Source: Macrostomum hystrix
Lineage: Eukaryota; Animalia; Platyhelminthes
Direction: 5' to 3'
Assembly: GCA_950097015.1 (NCBI GenBank)
Contig: CATNEN010000008.1
Coordinates: 496,001-560,000 of the forward strand
Length of the DNA stretch: 64,000 nt
Shown here in pieces: positions 63,611 to 64,000 of the stretch (its first letter is position 1; each line of letters opens with the position of its first letter). The notes under the pieces were generated by a model. That model was given only the letters and a program-made list of their open reading frames with translations. It did not search any database and was not told the DNA's origin. A program made the position numbers and the translations under genes.

Positions 63611-63784
63611 CGCAGATTTAAGCACCCGGACCTCAGTGCCAGAGGCAAAGCACTTCGCCACTCACTGTTCAATGCTGGACCTTTGGTTGCATTTGCGAAA
63701 GGGGATTTTCGAATAGAAAATGAATGAAAGAGATGATAGAGATACAAATGAACAGACTTACAGATGATACAGCCACAACTGAGA

Positions 63785-63834
63785 TCCGAATGGGACTCGA
63801 ACTTCGGACCTCAGGCTTAGGAGTCCGAGGCTCC
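63785..63834 (-). mobile_element. tRNA-like fragment (anticodon and T arms only), probably a SINE head remnant
   Basis: Reverse strand CGGACTCCTAAGCCTGAGGTCCGAAGTTCGAGTCCCA with a canonical B box; no D arm or acceptor stem. Confidence 0.4.
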
Positions 63835-64000
63835 AATAATTGTGCAGAAACCTCTTGACGGATGGATATAAATTGGCAAGCTGCCAATGATCAATGTAAG
63901 GTGGCGTTGGGACTCCGCGTCAACTCTAAAGCTGATATCAATTTGCATAAAAAAAGAGCTATGAAAAAATCATTTTTACATTCCACAGGTACGAGCGAAA

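Overview
Eukaryotic (metazoan) genomic DNA with GT-AG introns, GC3-rich exons and a TTAGGG tract. The overall style would fit an invertebrate such as a free-living flatworm, but that is inference only. Four protein-coding genes can be built exon by exon with consistent splice phases: (1) a secreted C-type-lectin + PAN/apple protein (+, 3229-4034); (2) a laminin beta chain (-, 21 exons 17599-6665, terminal exon unresolved); (3) a divergently oriented Mlx/Mondo-family bHLH-Zip factor (+, 21162-24659); (4) the 5' part of an L-type (Cav1) calcium channel alpha-1 subunit (+, from 54395, running off the window). The rest is repeat-rich. It holds about 10 copies or fragments of a tRNA-headed SINE with target-site duplications, a second tRNA-headed SINE with a Meta-domain-like core, and two copies of a ~282-bp hAT-type MITE with 8-bp TSDs. 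It also holds more than 15 minisatellite arrays (14-46-bp units), most of them in the ~29-kb gap between the Mlx-like and Cav1 genes. I found no rRNA, intact tRNA, CRISPR array or autonomous transposon ORF, and nothing that establishes a new biological system. The best leads are the structured SINE, a sequence core shared by several distant minisatellites, and atypical key residues in the bHLH and lectin proteins.
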